Shown: in pieces, positions 23,348 to 32,000 of the stretch | How positions within the stretch are numbered: the stretch's first letter is position 1 | Layout of the letters: every line of letters begins with the position of its first letter | Origin: Ktedonobacterales bacterium | GTDB lineage: Bacteria; Chloroflexota; Ktedonobacteria; Ktedonobacterales; JADMIN01 | Direction: 5' to 3' | Length of the DNA: 32,000 bases | NCBI GenBank assembly: GCA_030167145.1 | Contig: CP126532.1 | Span: 3,780,001 to 3,812,000 of the forward strand | Position numbers and translations under genes: made by a program | Notes under the pieces: model-generated | What the model was told of the DNA's origin: nothing | Databases searched by the model: none | Seen by the model: the letters and a program-made list of their open reading frames with translations, nothing else

Positions 23348-24892
23348 ATGTCGGTACTTTCGCGCATCCAGTGGCGCACGCGCATGCCACTGGCGATCCT
23401 ACTGGCGGCCTTCTTGTCCCTTGTCTTCCCCGCCATGGCGTTTGCGAATGTCGGACTGACGCAGATCAGCAGTGACCCGTTCACTGCCGCAACTTGCACC
23501 GCATCCAATACCACGAATCACCATACCGAGGTCGAGCCAGACTCTTTCTCGAATGGTTCGACGATTGTGGCGGCCTTCCAGGTTGGGCGCATCTACGACG
23601 GCGGCGCCTGCGCCATTGGTTTCGCCACGTCTACCAACAATGGCGCAAGCTGGACCAACGGCCTGCTGCCAGGCGTCACCAAATATTACAGCGGGGGCGC
23701 TTACGACCGCGCCACCGATGCCGCCGTCGCCTACGACGCGCGCTTCAACGCCTGGCTGATCTCGTCACTGGTGCTCTCCGAGTCCGGTGGTCCACATGGC
23801 GTTGCCGTTTTGACAAGCCGCTCCACTGATGGCGGCCTGACCTGGGGTACGCCGGTGGTCACGGAAAATACCAGCAGCAGTCCCGATAAGAACTGGATCG
23901 TCTGCGACAACACTGCGACCAGCCCGTTCTACGGCAACTGCTACACCGAATGGGACGACAACGGTGCGGGCAATGTGCTGCAAATGAGCACCTCCACCGA
24001 TGGTGGTGTCACCTGGGGCGCGGTCAAGACCAACGGGCAGGGGGTCATCGGCGGCCAGCCCGTTGTACGTCCTGACGGCACGGTGATCGTGCCGACCGAC
24101 AATGCCAATGAGACGGCGGTCGGCGCGTTCAACTCGACCAATGGTGGCAGCACCTGGAGTACGATCACCACCATTGCCACCATCTCGCACCACACCGAAG
24201 CCGGGAGCCTTCGCTCCGGCGCGTTGCCCACCGCCGAGATAGATGGCGCTGGGACGGTCTATGTCGTCTGGTCGGACTGTCGCTTCCGACGCAGTTGCAA
24301 GGCCAACGATCTCGTCATCAGCCACTCGCTCAACAGCACCGGCACAAGCTGGTCATCGGTGAGCCGCATCCCGATTGACGCGACCACCAGCGGTATAGAC
24401 CATTTCATCCCTGGTTTGGCGGTCAATAAGAGCACCTCTGGCAGCAGCGCGCAGCTTGGGGTGACGTACTACTATTACCCCGTCTCAGCCTGTGGCACGA
24501 GCTGTGTGCTCGACGTGGGTTTTATCTCTTCGACCAACGGCGGCAGCACCTGGAGCGCAGCCACGCCGCTTGCTGGTCCGTTCAACGTTGGCTGGACGGC
24601 CACCACGAGCCAGGGGCGCATGGTCGGCGACTATATCTCGACCTCCTACGGCTCGGATAACCTGGCGCATGCCGTCTTCATGACCGCCACCGCGCCGACA
24701 TCGGGCACGACCTGTAGCGCAGTGCCGGATAATTGTAACGAGCCAGCGGACTCGCCAGCATCTGGCCTCGCCGTCTCTGGCGGCAGCGCATCTTCGGCAG
24801 GCGATCCGGTGCTCTTCGGCGGCAATGGCGGCGGCACCGCGAATAGCTTGTGGAACGTGGTGGATAACAACGGCAGCAAGCACCGCGACTAA
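23348..24892 (+). CDS. Secreted BNR/Asp-box repeat protein (sialidase-like beta-propeller)
   Basis: The signal peptide is MSVLSRIQWRTRMPLAILLAAFLSLVFPAMAFA. Five Asp-box (SxDxGxTW-type) repeats are present: STNNGASWT, STDGGLTWG, STDGGVTWG and STNGGSTWS twice. An AAGGAGAG RBS at 23333-23340 supports ATG 23348. The track start is GTG 23282. Confidence 0.8.
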   Translation: MSVLSRIQWRTRMPLAILLAAFLSLVFPAMAFANVGLTQISSDPFTAATCTASNTTNHHTEVEPDSFSNGSTIVAAFQVGRIYDGGACAIGFATSTNNGASWTNGLLPGVTKYYSGGAYDRATDAAVAYDARFNAWLISSLVLSESGGPHGVAVLTSRSTDGGLTWGTPVVTENTSSSPDKNWIVCDNTATSPFYGNCYTEWDDNGAGNVLQMSTSTDGGVTWGAVKTNGQGVIGGQPVVRPDGTVIVPTDNANETAVGAFNSTNGGSTWSTITTIATISHHTEAGSLRSGALPTAEIDGAGTVYVVWSDCRFRRSCKANDLVISHSLNSTGTSWSSVSRIPIDATTSGIDHFIPGLAVNKSTSGSSAQLGVTYYYYPVSACGTSCVLDVGFISSTNGGSTWSAATPLAGPFNVGWTATTSQGRMVGDYISTSYGSDNLAHAVFMTATAPTSGTTCSAVPDNCNEPADSPASGLAVSGGSASSAGDPVLFGGNGGGTANSLWNVVDNNGSKHRD

Positions 24893-24925
24893 CGCCAGAT
24901 AACTGTTTCGTAGCGCGGACTCTAT

Positions 24926-24960
24926 GTCAGATCGCCATCCTCCTGGGGTGGTGATCTGAC
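24926..24960 (+). terminator. Stem-loop downstream of the BNR gene (terminator-like, no U-tract)
   Basis: GTCAGATCGCCA pairs with TGGTGATCTGAC as a 12-bp stem with one G-T pair. It is followed downstream by the palindrome AGCGGCGCCGCT. Confidence 0.4.
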
Positions 24961-25026
24961 GGCGCATTGCTGGATATCATCTGTAGCGGGGCAGCGGCGC
25001 CGCTATCGGTCAGTTCGGCCAGACCG

Positions 25027-25431
25027 CTAGAACGTTTCTATCGGCTGGCGGCCTGAAAAGCCGCTATCCGTCGGGTGCCACCAGCCAATGCCATTTTCGC
25101 CGAGTCGCCAGCAGAGATACACCTCACCTCCGTGGCGCAGCGTGGGAAAGTCAATCAGCCCCATATCGAGGTCTTTCACCAGAATGCCCAGCGTGTTGAT
25201 TTCGGCCAGAATCTCATCCATGCGCTCTGCCGTCTCGGTGATGGCCTCGCGCTCCTGTACAACTTCCGCCGGTGGCAGGTGGCCGTTGCCCATTACCTTT
25301 TCTTGGAAGGCGGCGAGGCTGGTCTCGTGTTCGAGGAAGACTGCTCGCAGCCGTTGCAGTTCCTCTAGCAACGGCTCAACGCGCGGCAGCAGCGCCTCGG
25401 CCTCTTCACGAGTGAAGTATTTGACGGCCAT
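25027..25431 (-). CDS. DUF2203-like protein
   Basis: Motifs seen are MAVKYFTREEAEALLPRVEPLLEELQ.., ..GILVKDLDMGLIDFP.. and ..GEVYLCWRLGENGIGWWH. A GAGAGGAG RBS is present. The family name is from memory of this N-terminal and C-terminal pattern. Confidence 0.7.
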   Translation of the reverse strand: MAVKYFTREEAEALLPRVEPLLEELQRLRAVFLEHETSLAAFQEKVMGNGHLPPAEVVQEREAITETAERMDEILAEINTLGILVKDLDMGLIDFPTLRHGGEVYLCWRLGENGIGWWHPTDSGFSGRQPIETF

Positions 25432-25494
25432 GCGCTGCTCCTCTCAGTTCCATCCATAACAGCCGGTAGGCGCAATCCGCACCGGCTATGCCTT

Positions 25495-26337
25495 TCATGC
25501 TTTGGTGATGGCGATGATTGCCCCCGCGCCCGGACCGGCATGCGTGCCAACGACGGGGCCAAGGTTGAATTGCTCGATGGGGCCGTTCCAGAACGTGCGC
25601 GCGACGGTGACCAACTGCTGGCCCGCCGCATCGTCGGCCTGGGCCACAGCTACGGCGTCCAGCGCGCCTAGCTCTGCCACCATCTGTCCAACGCGCTCCA
25701 GCGCCTTGGCTTTGGTGCGCGGCTGCTCGATGGGCACCACTTTGGAATCGCGCACGCCGAGAATCGGCTTGACGTTCAGCAGCCCACCGACAAACGCCTT
25801 GCCCGCGCCGATGCGCCCGCCGCGTTTGAGATATTCCAGCGTATCCAGCACGGCGATCAAATGGACTCGTGAGAACATGCTTTCGGCATGCGCCTTGAGT
25901 TGCTCCATGCTGGCGCCGTCGCGCGACTCGCGCGCCAGAATCTCGGCTGGCAGCCCGAAGCCCGCGCTCACCGTGCCGGAGTCTAGCACGACGATGGGCA
26001 CACCGGTATCCCCGGTCACCATCTGCGCGGCGGTGGTCGAAACCGACAAGGTTGCGCTGAGTCCGCTGCCGATGTGCATCGCCAGAATACCGGTCGCGCC
26101 ATCGCGCACCATCTGGCGGTACTGCTCCTCAAAGAGTCCTGGCGGTGGGGTAGAGGTGGTCGGCGGCTGCGCGCTCTCTTTCAGGCGGCGGTAGAAGGTT
26201 GCGCCATCCATATCCACGCCGTCGCGGAACGATTCGTTGCCGAACTCGACCGTCAGCGGAACCACGGTGATTCCAAGGTCGCGCGCGCGCTCCGGCGGGA
26301 TGTCTGCCGTGCTATCCACGAGTATATGCACCGTCAC
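25495..26337 (-). CDS. DegV family (FakB-like fatty-acid-binding) protein
   Basis: Motifs seen are HILVDSTADIPPERARDLGITVVPLTVEFGNESFRDGVDM.. and ..ILAMHIGSGLSATL. It has a GTG start at 26337 with a GAGGA RBS. Confidence 0.9.
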   Translation of the reverse strand: MTVHILVDSTADIPPERARDLGITVVPLTVEFGNESFRDGVDMDGATFYRRLKESAQPPTTSTPPPGLFEEQYRQMVRDGATGILAMHIGSGLSATLSVSTTAAQMVTGDTGVPIVVLDSGTVSAGFGLPAEILARESRDGASMEQLKAHAESMFSRVHLIAVLDTLEYLKRGGRIGAGKAFVGGLLNVKPILGVRDSKVVPIEQPRTKAKALERVGQMVAELGALDAVAVAQADDAAGQQLVTVARTFWNGPIEQFNLGPVVGTHAGPGAGAIIAITKA

Positions 26338-26404
26338 GTTGTACCGTCCTCATCTGCTCTGGTCTACACGGAGCGCATGCCGCTCCGGTGGAGCCACGTT
26401 GCTC

Positions 26405-28195
26405 TCATTCAGCGGAGATGATGTAGGCGTAGAACGGCTGGCCGCCCTCGACTACCTCGATCTCCTGGGCGGGGAACTGCTCTTTGATGCGCTGCGCCAT
26501 CTGTTCCGCCATTTCAGCGGTCACATCGGCGCCGTAATACACGGTGATGATTTCGTATTTCTCGGCCTGCATCCGCGCCAGTGTATCATGTACGACGGCG
26601 TTCATCTCCGTGCCCGCATGCACCAGCCGGTCATTTACCAGGCCGATGATGTCGCCTTCGGTGACGTTAATGCCGTCTATTTGCACCGTCCGCACCGCCC
26701 GCGTGATCTCAGCCGTTTGCACGTTCTGCACCGCGTGTTCCATCGTCGCGCAGTTCGTTGCGAAGTCCGCGTCGTAGTTGAAGGAGAGCAGCGCGCCGAT
26801 CCCCTGCGGCATGGACTTCGTCGGGATGACGCAGATCTGCTTCTTCGTCAGTTGCTCCACCTGCCGCGCGCTCATGATGACGTTGCCGTTGTTGGGCAGG
26901 ATGATGATTTTTTCGGCGGGGCACGCCTCCACAGCTTCTAGCAAATCCTGGGTGCTGGGGTTCATCGTTTGCCCGCCGGGGACGATCCGCGAGACGTTCA
27001 GGCTCTCGAAGACCTGCACCCAGCCGGGGCCGGCTGCCACTGCTACCGTGCCGATCTCGCTGAGCGGCTCGGCGGGCGTCAACATGCTCGGCGGCTCCGC
27101 GACCGCTGTGGCGCTTGTGGCTGCGCCGCTGCCCATGTGGGCGCCATTGACGCTGGCGACGACGCCGCGCTCACGCGCGCTCTCGGCGGCATAGCGCAGG
27201 CTCTGCTCTTGCAGGTTTTCGATGTTGATGTCTTGCAGGCTGCCCAGGCCCACGCCGTAGTCCAGAATCTTGCCAGGGGTTGGGGTATGGGTATGCACTT
27301 TGAGGAGCTTGTTATCGCCGGCGACCACGGTGGACACGCCGCCCATTGCGGTGATGGTGTCGCGGATCTCCTCCAGGTTCAAATCTTCGCCGTGCAGCAG
27401 GAAGACGACCTCATAGCCGAACTCTTCTTCGATGGTCACGTTGCCTTTGTGGACTTCCGCGAACTCGTCTACCTGCGCTTTCTGCGAGACTTCCAGCGAT
27501 TCACCACGCGCGTAGCGCCACATGCCTTCGAGGAACATCGTCAATCCCTGGCCGCCCGCATCCACCACTCCCGCCTGCTTGAGCGTGGGCAGCAGATCAG
27601 GCGTTTTAGCGACCGCCGCTTTCGCCGCTGCCACGGTGTCGCCAAGCATGATGGCGATGTCGCTGCCGCGCTCGGCGCTGGCCACCGACGCCTCGGAGCA
27701 TTCGCGGATGACGGTGAGGATCGTGCCTTCGACTGGCTTGATGACCGCACGATAGGCCAGCTTCGCCGACGATTGCAGCGCGGCGGCCAGATCTTTGGCG
27801 GTGAAGGTGGTTTTCTGGTCGAGTCCCTGACTCATGCCGCGCAGAATCTGCGAAAGGATTACGCCGGAGTTGCCGCGCGCGCCCATCAGCGCCCCGCGCG
27901 AGAGCTTTTCGGCGATGATGTAGGCGGCGGTTTCGTCGGAGTTGGCGATTTCTTTGGTGGCAGCGCGCATCGTCAGCGACATATTCGTGCCCGTATCGCC
28001 GTCGGGCACAGGGAAGACATTGAGCGCGTTGATTGCCTCGCGATGCTGTTCGAGCCAGGCGTGGCCGGCCATGACCGCCCTCTTGAGGTCTTGTCCGTCA
28101 AACACGCTCGCCTGCCTGGGGCGAGTACGCGAAAAGCGCGAGAAGAAGTTTCGTGCCATAGGTTCCGCGGGGACTCTAACCCCTCCGCCCTCCAT
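26405..28195 (-). CDS. DAK2 domain-containing protein (YloV/FakA-like fatty acid kinase subunit)
   Basis: Motifs seen are LNVFPVPDGDTGTNMSLTM, GARGNSGVILSQILRG and DAGGQGL, with a C-terminal DegV-like/uncharacterised half. ATG 28159 (MARNFF..) is an alternative start. Neither candidate start has a strong RBS. Confidence 0.9.
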   Translation of the reverse strand: MEGGGVRVPAEPMARNFFSRFSRTRPRQASVFDGQDLKRAVMAGHAWLEQHREAINALNVFPVPDGDTGTNMSLTMRAATKEIANSDETAAYIIAEKLSRGALMGARGNSGVILSQILRGMSQGLDQKTTFTAKDLAAALQSSAKLAYRAVIKPVEGTILTVIRECSEASVASAERGSDIAIMLGDTVAAAKAAVAKTPDLLPTLKQAGVVDAGGQGLTMFLEGMWRYARGESLEVSQKAQVDEFAEVHKGNVTIEEEFGYEVVFLLHGEDLNLEEIRDTITAMGGVSTVVAGDNKLLKVHTHTPTPGKILDYGVGLGSLQDINIENLQEQSLRYAAESARERGVVASVNGAHMGSGAATSATAVAEPPSMLTPAEPLSEIGTVAVAAGPGWVQVFESLNVSRIVPGGQTMNPSTQDLLEAVEACPAEKIIILPNNGNVIMSARQVEQLTKKQICVIPTKSMPQGIGALLSFNYDADFATNCATMEHAVQNVQTAEITRAVRTVQIDGINVTEGDIIGLVNDRLVHAGTEMNAVVHDTLARMQAEKYEIITVYYGADVTAEMAEQMAQRIKEQFPAQEIEVVEGGQPFYAYIISAE

Positions 28196-28286
28196 AGGTA
28201 AGTCTGGTGACGACGATCACACGCTGATAATGGTGTTGTATCCCCGTATACACTGGTATACGCTGGGAACATTGGATGCGCATGAA

Positions 28287-28715
28287 CTAACGTTCCGGTT
28301 CTGGGTTGACGCGCAGTGCCTGCACGTTCACGTTGACCTGCACGACCCGCATCCCCAGCGCTTTCTCGACCGCGAACTTGACGCCTTCCATGATGTTGTG
28401 CGCGATTTCGCTGATGCGCAGGCCGTGTTCCAGGACGACATACACTTCGATGGTGATGTGGTCGTTGGCGAACCGCACCTCCACGCCCCGGTTGTAATGC
28501 TCCGGCGCTAGCATCTCCACCGCGCCCAGGCGCGTGCGGCGCGCGGCAATGCCGACGACACCGTAGCATTCCGCGACTGCCCGCCCGGCAATCGTAGCGA
28601 TGGCGCGCGGCGCGACTTCGATTTTGCCGCGCTGCATGAGCCAGCTATCCGCTGCCAGATCACCAGACGGCGCTTGCCTGACTCCCGCGACCGTGCCACT
28701 TGCGCTTCCCACCAT
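28287..28715 (-). CDS. Asp23/Gls24 family envelope stress protein (YloU-like)
   Basis: Motifs seen are IEVAPRAIATIAGRAVAECYGVVGI.. and ..ITIEVYVVLEHGLRISEIAHNIMEGVKFAVEKALGMRVVQVNVNVQAL. A GGAGG RBS lies within a tandem TAACGGAGG repeat. Confidence 0.85.
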   Translation of the reverse strand: MVGSASGTVAGVRQAPSGDLAADSWLMQRGKIEVAPRAIATIAGRAVAECYGVVGIAARRTRLGAVEMLAPEHYNRGVEVRFANDHITIEVYVVLEHGLRISEIAHNIMEGVKFAVEKALGMRVVQVNVNVQALRVNPEPER

Positions 28716-28830
28716 GCGGCGCCTCCGTTATCCTCCGTTATGACGTGCGTACTTCCCCTCGCTCCAAAGGCCGAGACGCGCCACGACCCCTTATTGCAGC
28801 CCATTGTAGCACGCTATCAAGGGGGTATGC

Positions 28831-28859
28831 TTGCGCGGGAATGGGCGTCATGTTATACT
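28831..28859 (+). promoter_or_regulatory. Sigma-70-type promoter (TTGCGC-N17-TATACT) facing rpmB
   Basis: The -35 is at 28831-28836 and the -10 is at 28854-28859. This places the -10 about 310 nt upstream of the rpmB ATG. The hexamers are identical to those of the putative rpmI promoter. Confidence 0.45.
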
Positions 28860-29169
28860 ATCTTGGCGCCATCAAACAGGGGCATGATGCGCCCTGCCCG
28901 CATCAGAATGCCTCCGAGGCAGATGCCATGATGGTGTTGTGGGCCAAGAGGCGCGTTGCCCATGCGGGACGTATGACGCCTGTAGTGTGATGGTAACATT
29001 GCCCACACTGGCGGTCAATCGGGAAGTTGGCCGGTTAAGAAAACCTGCTGGCACTGTGCCAAGGTGCGCGGCTACGCGGGAACTTCCGAGAGATGCGCGA
29101 GAGATACCAGCCAGTGCGCCGCTGACATCGGGCGGTCGCCGCATAGATGTGAAGATGAGGTGAAGACGT

Positions 29170-29364
29170 ATGACCGGGCGTTGTGATGTGTGCAGCCGTG
29201 GGCCGCAGTATGGCCACAACGTGAGCCACTCGAACCGCAAGACCAATCGCCGCTTTCTGGTGAATGTGCAGCATCGCCGTGTGGTGATGGATGGCCGCGT
29301 GCGCAATCTGTATATCTGCACGCGCTGCCTGCGCAACATGGTGAAGGTGCCGAAGGCGCGCTAA
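29170..29364 (+). CDS. rpmB: 50S ribosomal protein L28 (Cys-containing, zinc-ribbon form)
   Basis: The sequence MTGRCDVCSRGPQYGHNVSHSNRKTNRRFLVNVQ..ICTRCLR is canonical L28 with CxxC..CxxC. A GAGGTGA RBS is present. Confidence 0.93.
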   Translation: MTGRCDVCSRGPQYGHNVSHSNRKTNRRFLVNVQHRRVVMDGRVRNLYICTRCLRNMVKVPKAR

Positions 29365-29400
29365 GCCTGGCGCTACCAGCCACGCGCACTGATCGAATCG

Positions 29401-29442
29401 AACGGGCCGGGGATGTTCCCCAGCCCGTTATTGTGTTTCATT
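29401..29442 (+). terminator. Rho-independent terminator of rpmB
   Basis: AACGGGCCGGGGA-tgt-TCCCCAGCCCGTT pairs at 12 of 13 positions. It is followed by ATTGTGTTTCATT. Confidence 0.7.
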
Positions 29443-29464
29443 CAATCTTCACAAGAAAGCTGTG

Positions 29465-29683
29465 TCACCCCCATGAATCACGCTCTACATCTATGTAGGC
29501 TTGCACATCCACATCTTTCCAGATGTCTTTGCCCAATCCCTCAAGTTCGAGAATGCTATGTTGGGCTGGCGATGTTATGTGGCTGCGAACCATATTCGCA
29601 AGGTCAGAGAGGAGCCGTAACTGGTCCGCTGGGTCGAGTTGTTGCGCGCGGCTGAGTATCTCATCGTAGGTGGATGCGGACAT
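29465..29683 (-). CDS. Small antitoxin-like protein (no adjacent toxin gene)
   Basis: The 72-aa product has a strong GAGAGGAGA RBS immediately after the rlmN stop. MSASTYDEILSRAQQLDPADQLRLLSDLANMV..SILELEGLGKDIWKDVDVQAYIDVERDSWG resembles small proteins that I recall preceding PIN-domain toxins. The gene is visibly less GC-rich than its neighbours. Confidence 0.55.
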   Translation of the reverse strand: MSASTYDEILSRAQQLDPADQLRLLSDLANMVRSHITSPAQHSILELEGLGKDIWKDVDVQAYIDVERDSWG

Positions 29684-29695
29684 AGATTTCTCCTC

Positions 29696-30877
<1,182 letters not shown>

Positions 30878-30895
30878 ACATCCTGATCGTTGTAG

Positions 30896-31876
30896 TCATG
30901 TGCCAAACGTGGCGTCCGCGAGCGCGGGATGGCCGCGCAGCACGTCCGCGCTGGGCAGGGCGCGGCGGCCCTCCAATTGTACCACGTCGAGCGCGAGCGC
31001 CCCCTCGCCACAGGCGCAGGCGAGCGCGCCGTTTGGCAGCAGAAAGCACGTCCCTGGCGTGCGCTCACCAGCCACCTCAGCAACGGCATGCGCTGCCAGC
31101 AGCTTCACCTGATGTCCATTCCACGTGGTGAACGCGCCGGGCCAGGGCGTATACGCGCGCACCTGACGTGCGAGCGCGCTGGCGGGCTGGCCCCAGTCAA
31201 TGCGGCCATCCTCTTTCTTCAGCGGACGGGTCATCGTCGCCAGCGCCTCATCCTGGGCGCGCGGGATGATCTCGCCCGCCAGCCAGCGCGGCAGCGTGCG
31301 CAGCAGCAGATCTGCTCCTAACGTGGCGAGCCGGTCGAAAAGCTGTCCGACGTTCTCATCGGCGCCGATGGCTGTGCGCGCGTCGGTGAGCATCGGGCCG
31401 GTGTCGAGTCCTTCATCCATCAGCATGATTGTGACTCCGGTCTCAGCGTCGCCTGCGAGGATCGCCGCGTTGATCGGCGACGCGCCCCGCCAGCGCGGCA
31501 GCAGCGAGGCATGGACGTTCAGGCAGCCGTGGCGCGGCAGGCGCAGCACCTCTGACGGCAATATCTGGCCGAAGGCGGCGACGACGATGAGATCGGGCGC
31601 GAGCGATTGCAGCAGCGCGAATGCCTCTGGCTTGCGCAACGGACCCGGCTGGTAGACCGGCAGCACTGCTTCCAGCGCGAACTGCTTGACTGGCGCATAC
31701 GCCACCTGCCGACCGCGTCCGGCGGGCTTATCGGGGCGCGTCACCACGCCCACGATGTCCATGCCGCTGGGGAGCAGCGCGCCAGGCGCAGCACACTCAG
31801 CCAGCGCGCGCAGCGCTGGCACGGCGAAATCAGGCGTTCCCATGAAGAGTACGCGCATCGGTTCAGTTGCTGTCAT
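30896..31876 (-). CDS. fmt: Methionyl-tRNA formyltransferase
   Basis: Motifs seen are MRVLFMGTPDFAVPALRAL, NVHASLLPRWRGASPINAAIL (HxSLLPxxRG) and GVTIMLMDEGLDTGPML. ATG 31876 has a GAGGGGG RBS. The track start 31990 adds 38 non-conserved residues. Confidence 0.9.
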   Translation of the reverse strand: MTATEPMRVLFMGTPDFAVPALRALAECAAPGALLPSGMDIVGVVTRPDKPAGRGRQVAYAPVKQFALEAVLPVYQPGPLRKPEAFALLQSLAPDLIVVAAFGQILPSEVLRLPRHGCLNVHASLLPRWRGASPINAAILAGDAETGVTIMLMDEGLDTGPMLTDARTAIGADENVGQLFDRLATLGADLLLRTLPRWLAGEIIPRAQDEALATMTRPLKKEDGRIDWGQPASALARQVRAYTPWPGAFTTWNGHQVKLLAAHAVAEVAGERTPGTCFLLPNGALACACGEGALALDVVQLEGRRALPSADVLRGHPALADATFGT

Positions 31877-32000
31877 CGTTGTCTTACCCCCTCTAGGCGC
31901 CTCGTTCGCGCACCTGCCCGCCCACAGAGTATACTCATAGTCCGCAGGCGCATGCGGGCAAGCGCCGCTGGATGCGCGGGAGGACAACACTATGGCAAAG

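Noticed and set aside
22995-23459. A 154-aa ORF filling the long intergenic region upstream of the BNR gene.
   Set aside because: It has no RBS, its composition is Cys/Arg/Ser-rich, and it runs into the BNR signal-peptide region in a different frame. It has no family motifs.
29017-29112. Resemblance to a cobalamin riboswitch core: AATCGGGAAG..GGTTAAGAAAACC..GCTGGCACTGT, followed by a B12-box-like GAGAGATACCAGCC.
   Set aside because: The CCCGC element that pairs with GGGAA is missing, the helices do not close convincingly by hand, and rpmB is not a plausible B12-regulated gene. Only a cmscan with RF00174 could revive the idea.
31993-32000. An ATGGCAAAG at the right edge that could start a plus-strand gene divergent from fmt.
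   Set aside because: Only three codons are visible, so it cannot be supported.

Overview
This is a visibly GC-rich bacterial chromosomal window. I found no rRNA, tRNA, CRISPR array, transposase or integrase by eye. No similarity search could be run, so every family call rests on motif recognition in the translated ORFs and on manual reading of both strands.

Gene content and order look Terrabacteria-like:
- rpmI-rplT, a TrmH-family methyltransferase, an MFS pump, then pheS and pheT behind a Phe-specific T-box leader.
- rpmB divergent from an asp23 / DAK2 (FakA/YloV-like) / degV cluster.
- fmt followed by rlmN.
- lexA preceded by a Gram-positive-type GAAC-N4-GTTC box.

Together with a zinc-ribbon/pseudokinase/PBP receptor, this suggests a Chloroflexota-like (Ktedonobacteria-like) organism. 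That assignment is inference only.

About 28 CDSs are supported. Most long opposite-strand ORFs in the track are high-GC shadow ORFs. Several track ORFs are 5'-over-extended, and I give starts supported by a ribosome-binding site.

The most interesting items are:
1. A stand-alone TIR-TPR-FGE-sulfatase-like fusion gene (7959-10022) sits alone between housekeeping genes. It is a candidate single-polypeptide NAD-targeting conflict or defence module.
2. A short CAGACA/TGTCTG hairpin repeat family flanks that gene on both sides and also occurs twice, in frame, inside the essential pheT gene.
3. A receptor has kinase catalytic motifs that are all degenerate. It runs off the left edge and is missing from the ORF track.
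4. A ribbon-helix-helix (RHH) antitoxin-like gene is paired with a CPBP intramembrane protease, and a second antitoxin-like gene (29465-29683) has no toxin partner.
5. A homoserine-dehydrogenase-family gene is nested between pheS and pheT, downstream of the Phe T-box.
6. Two unusually long non-coding regions are unexplained (22775-23347 and 28716-29169).
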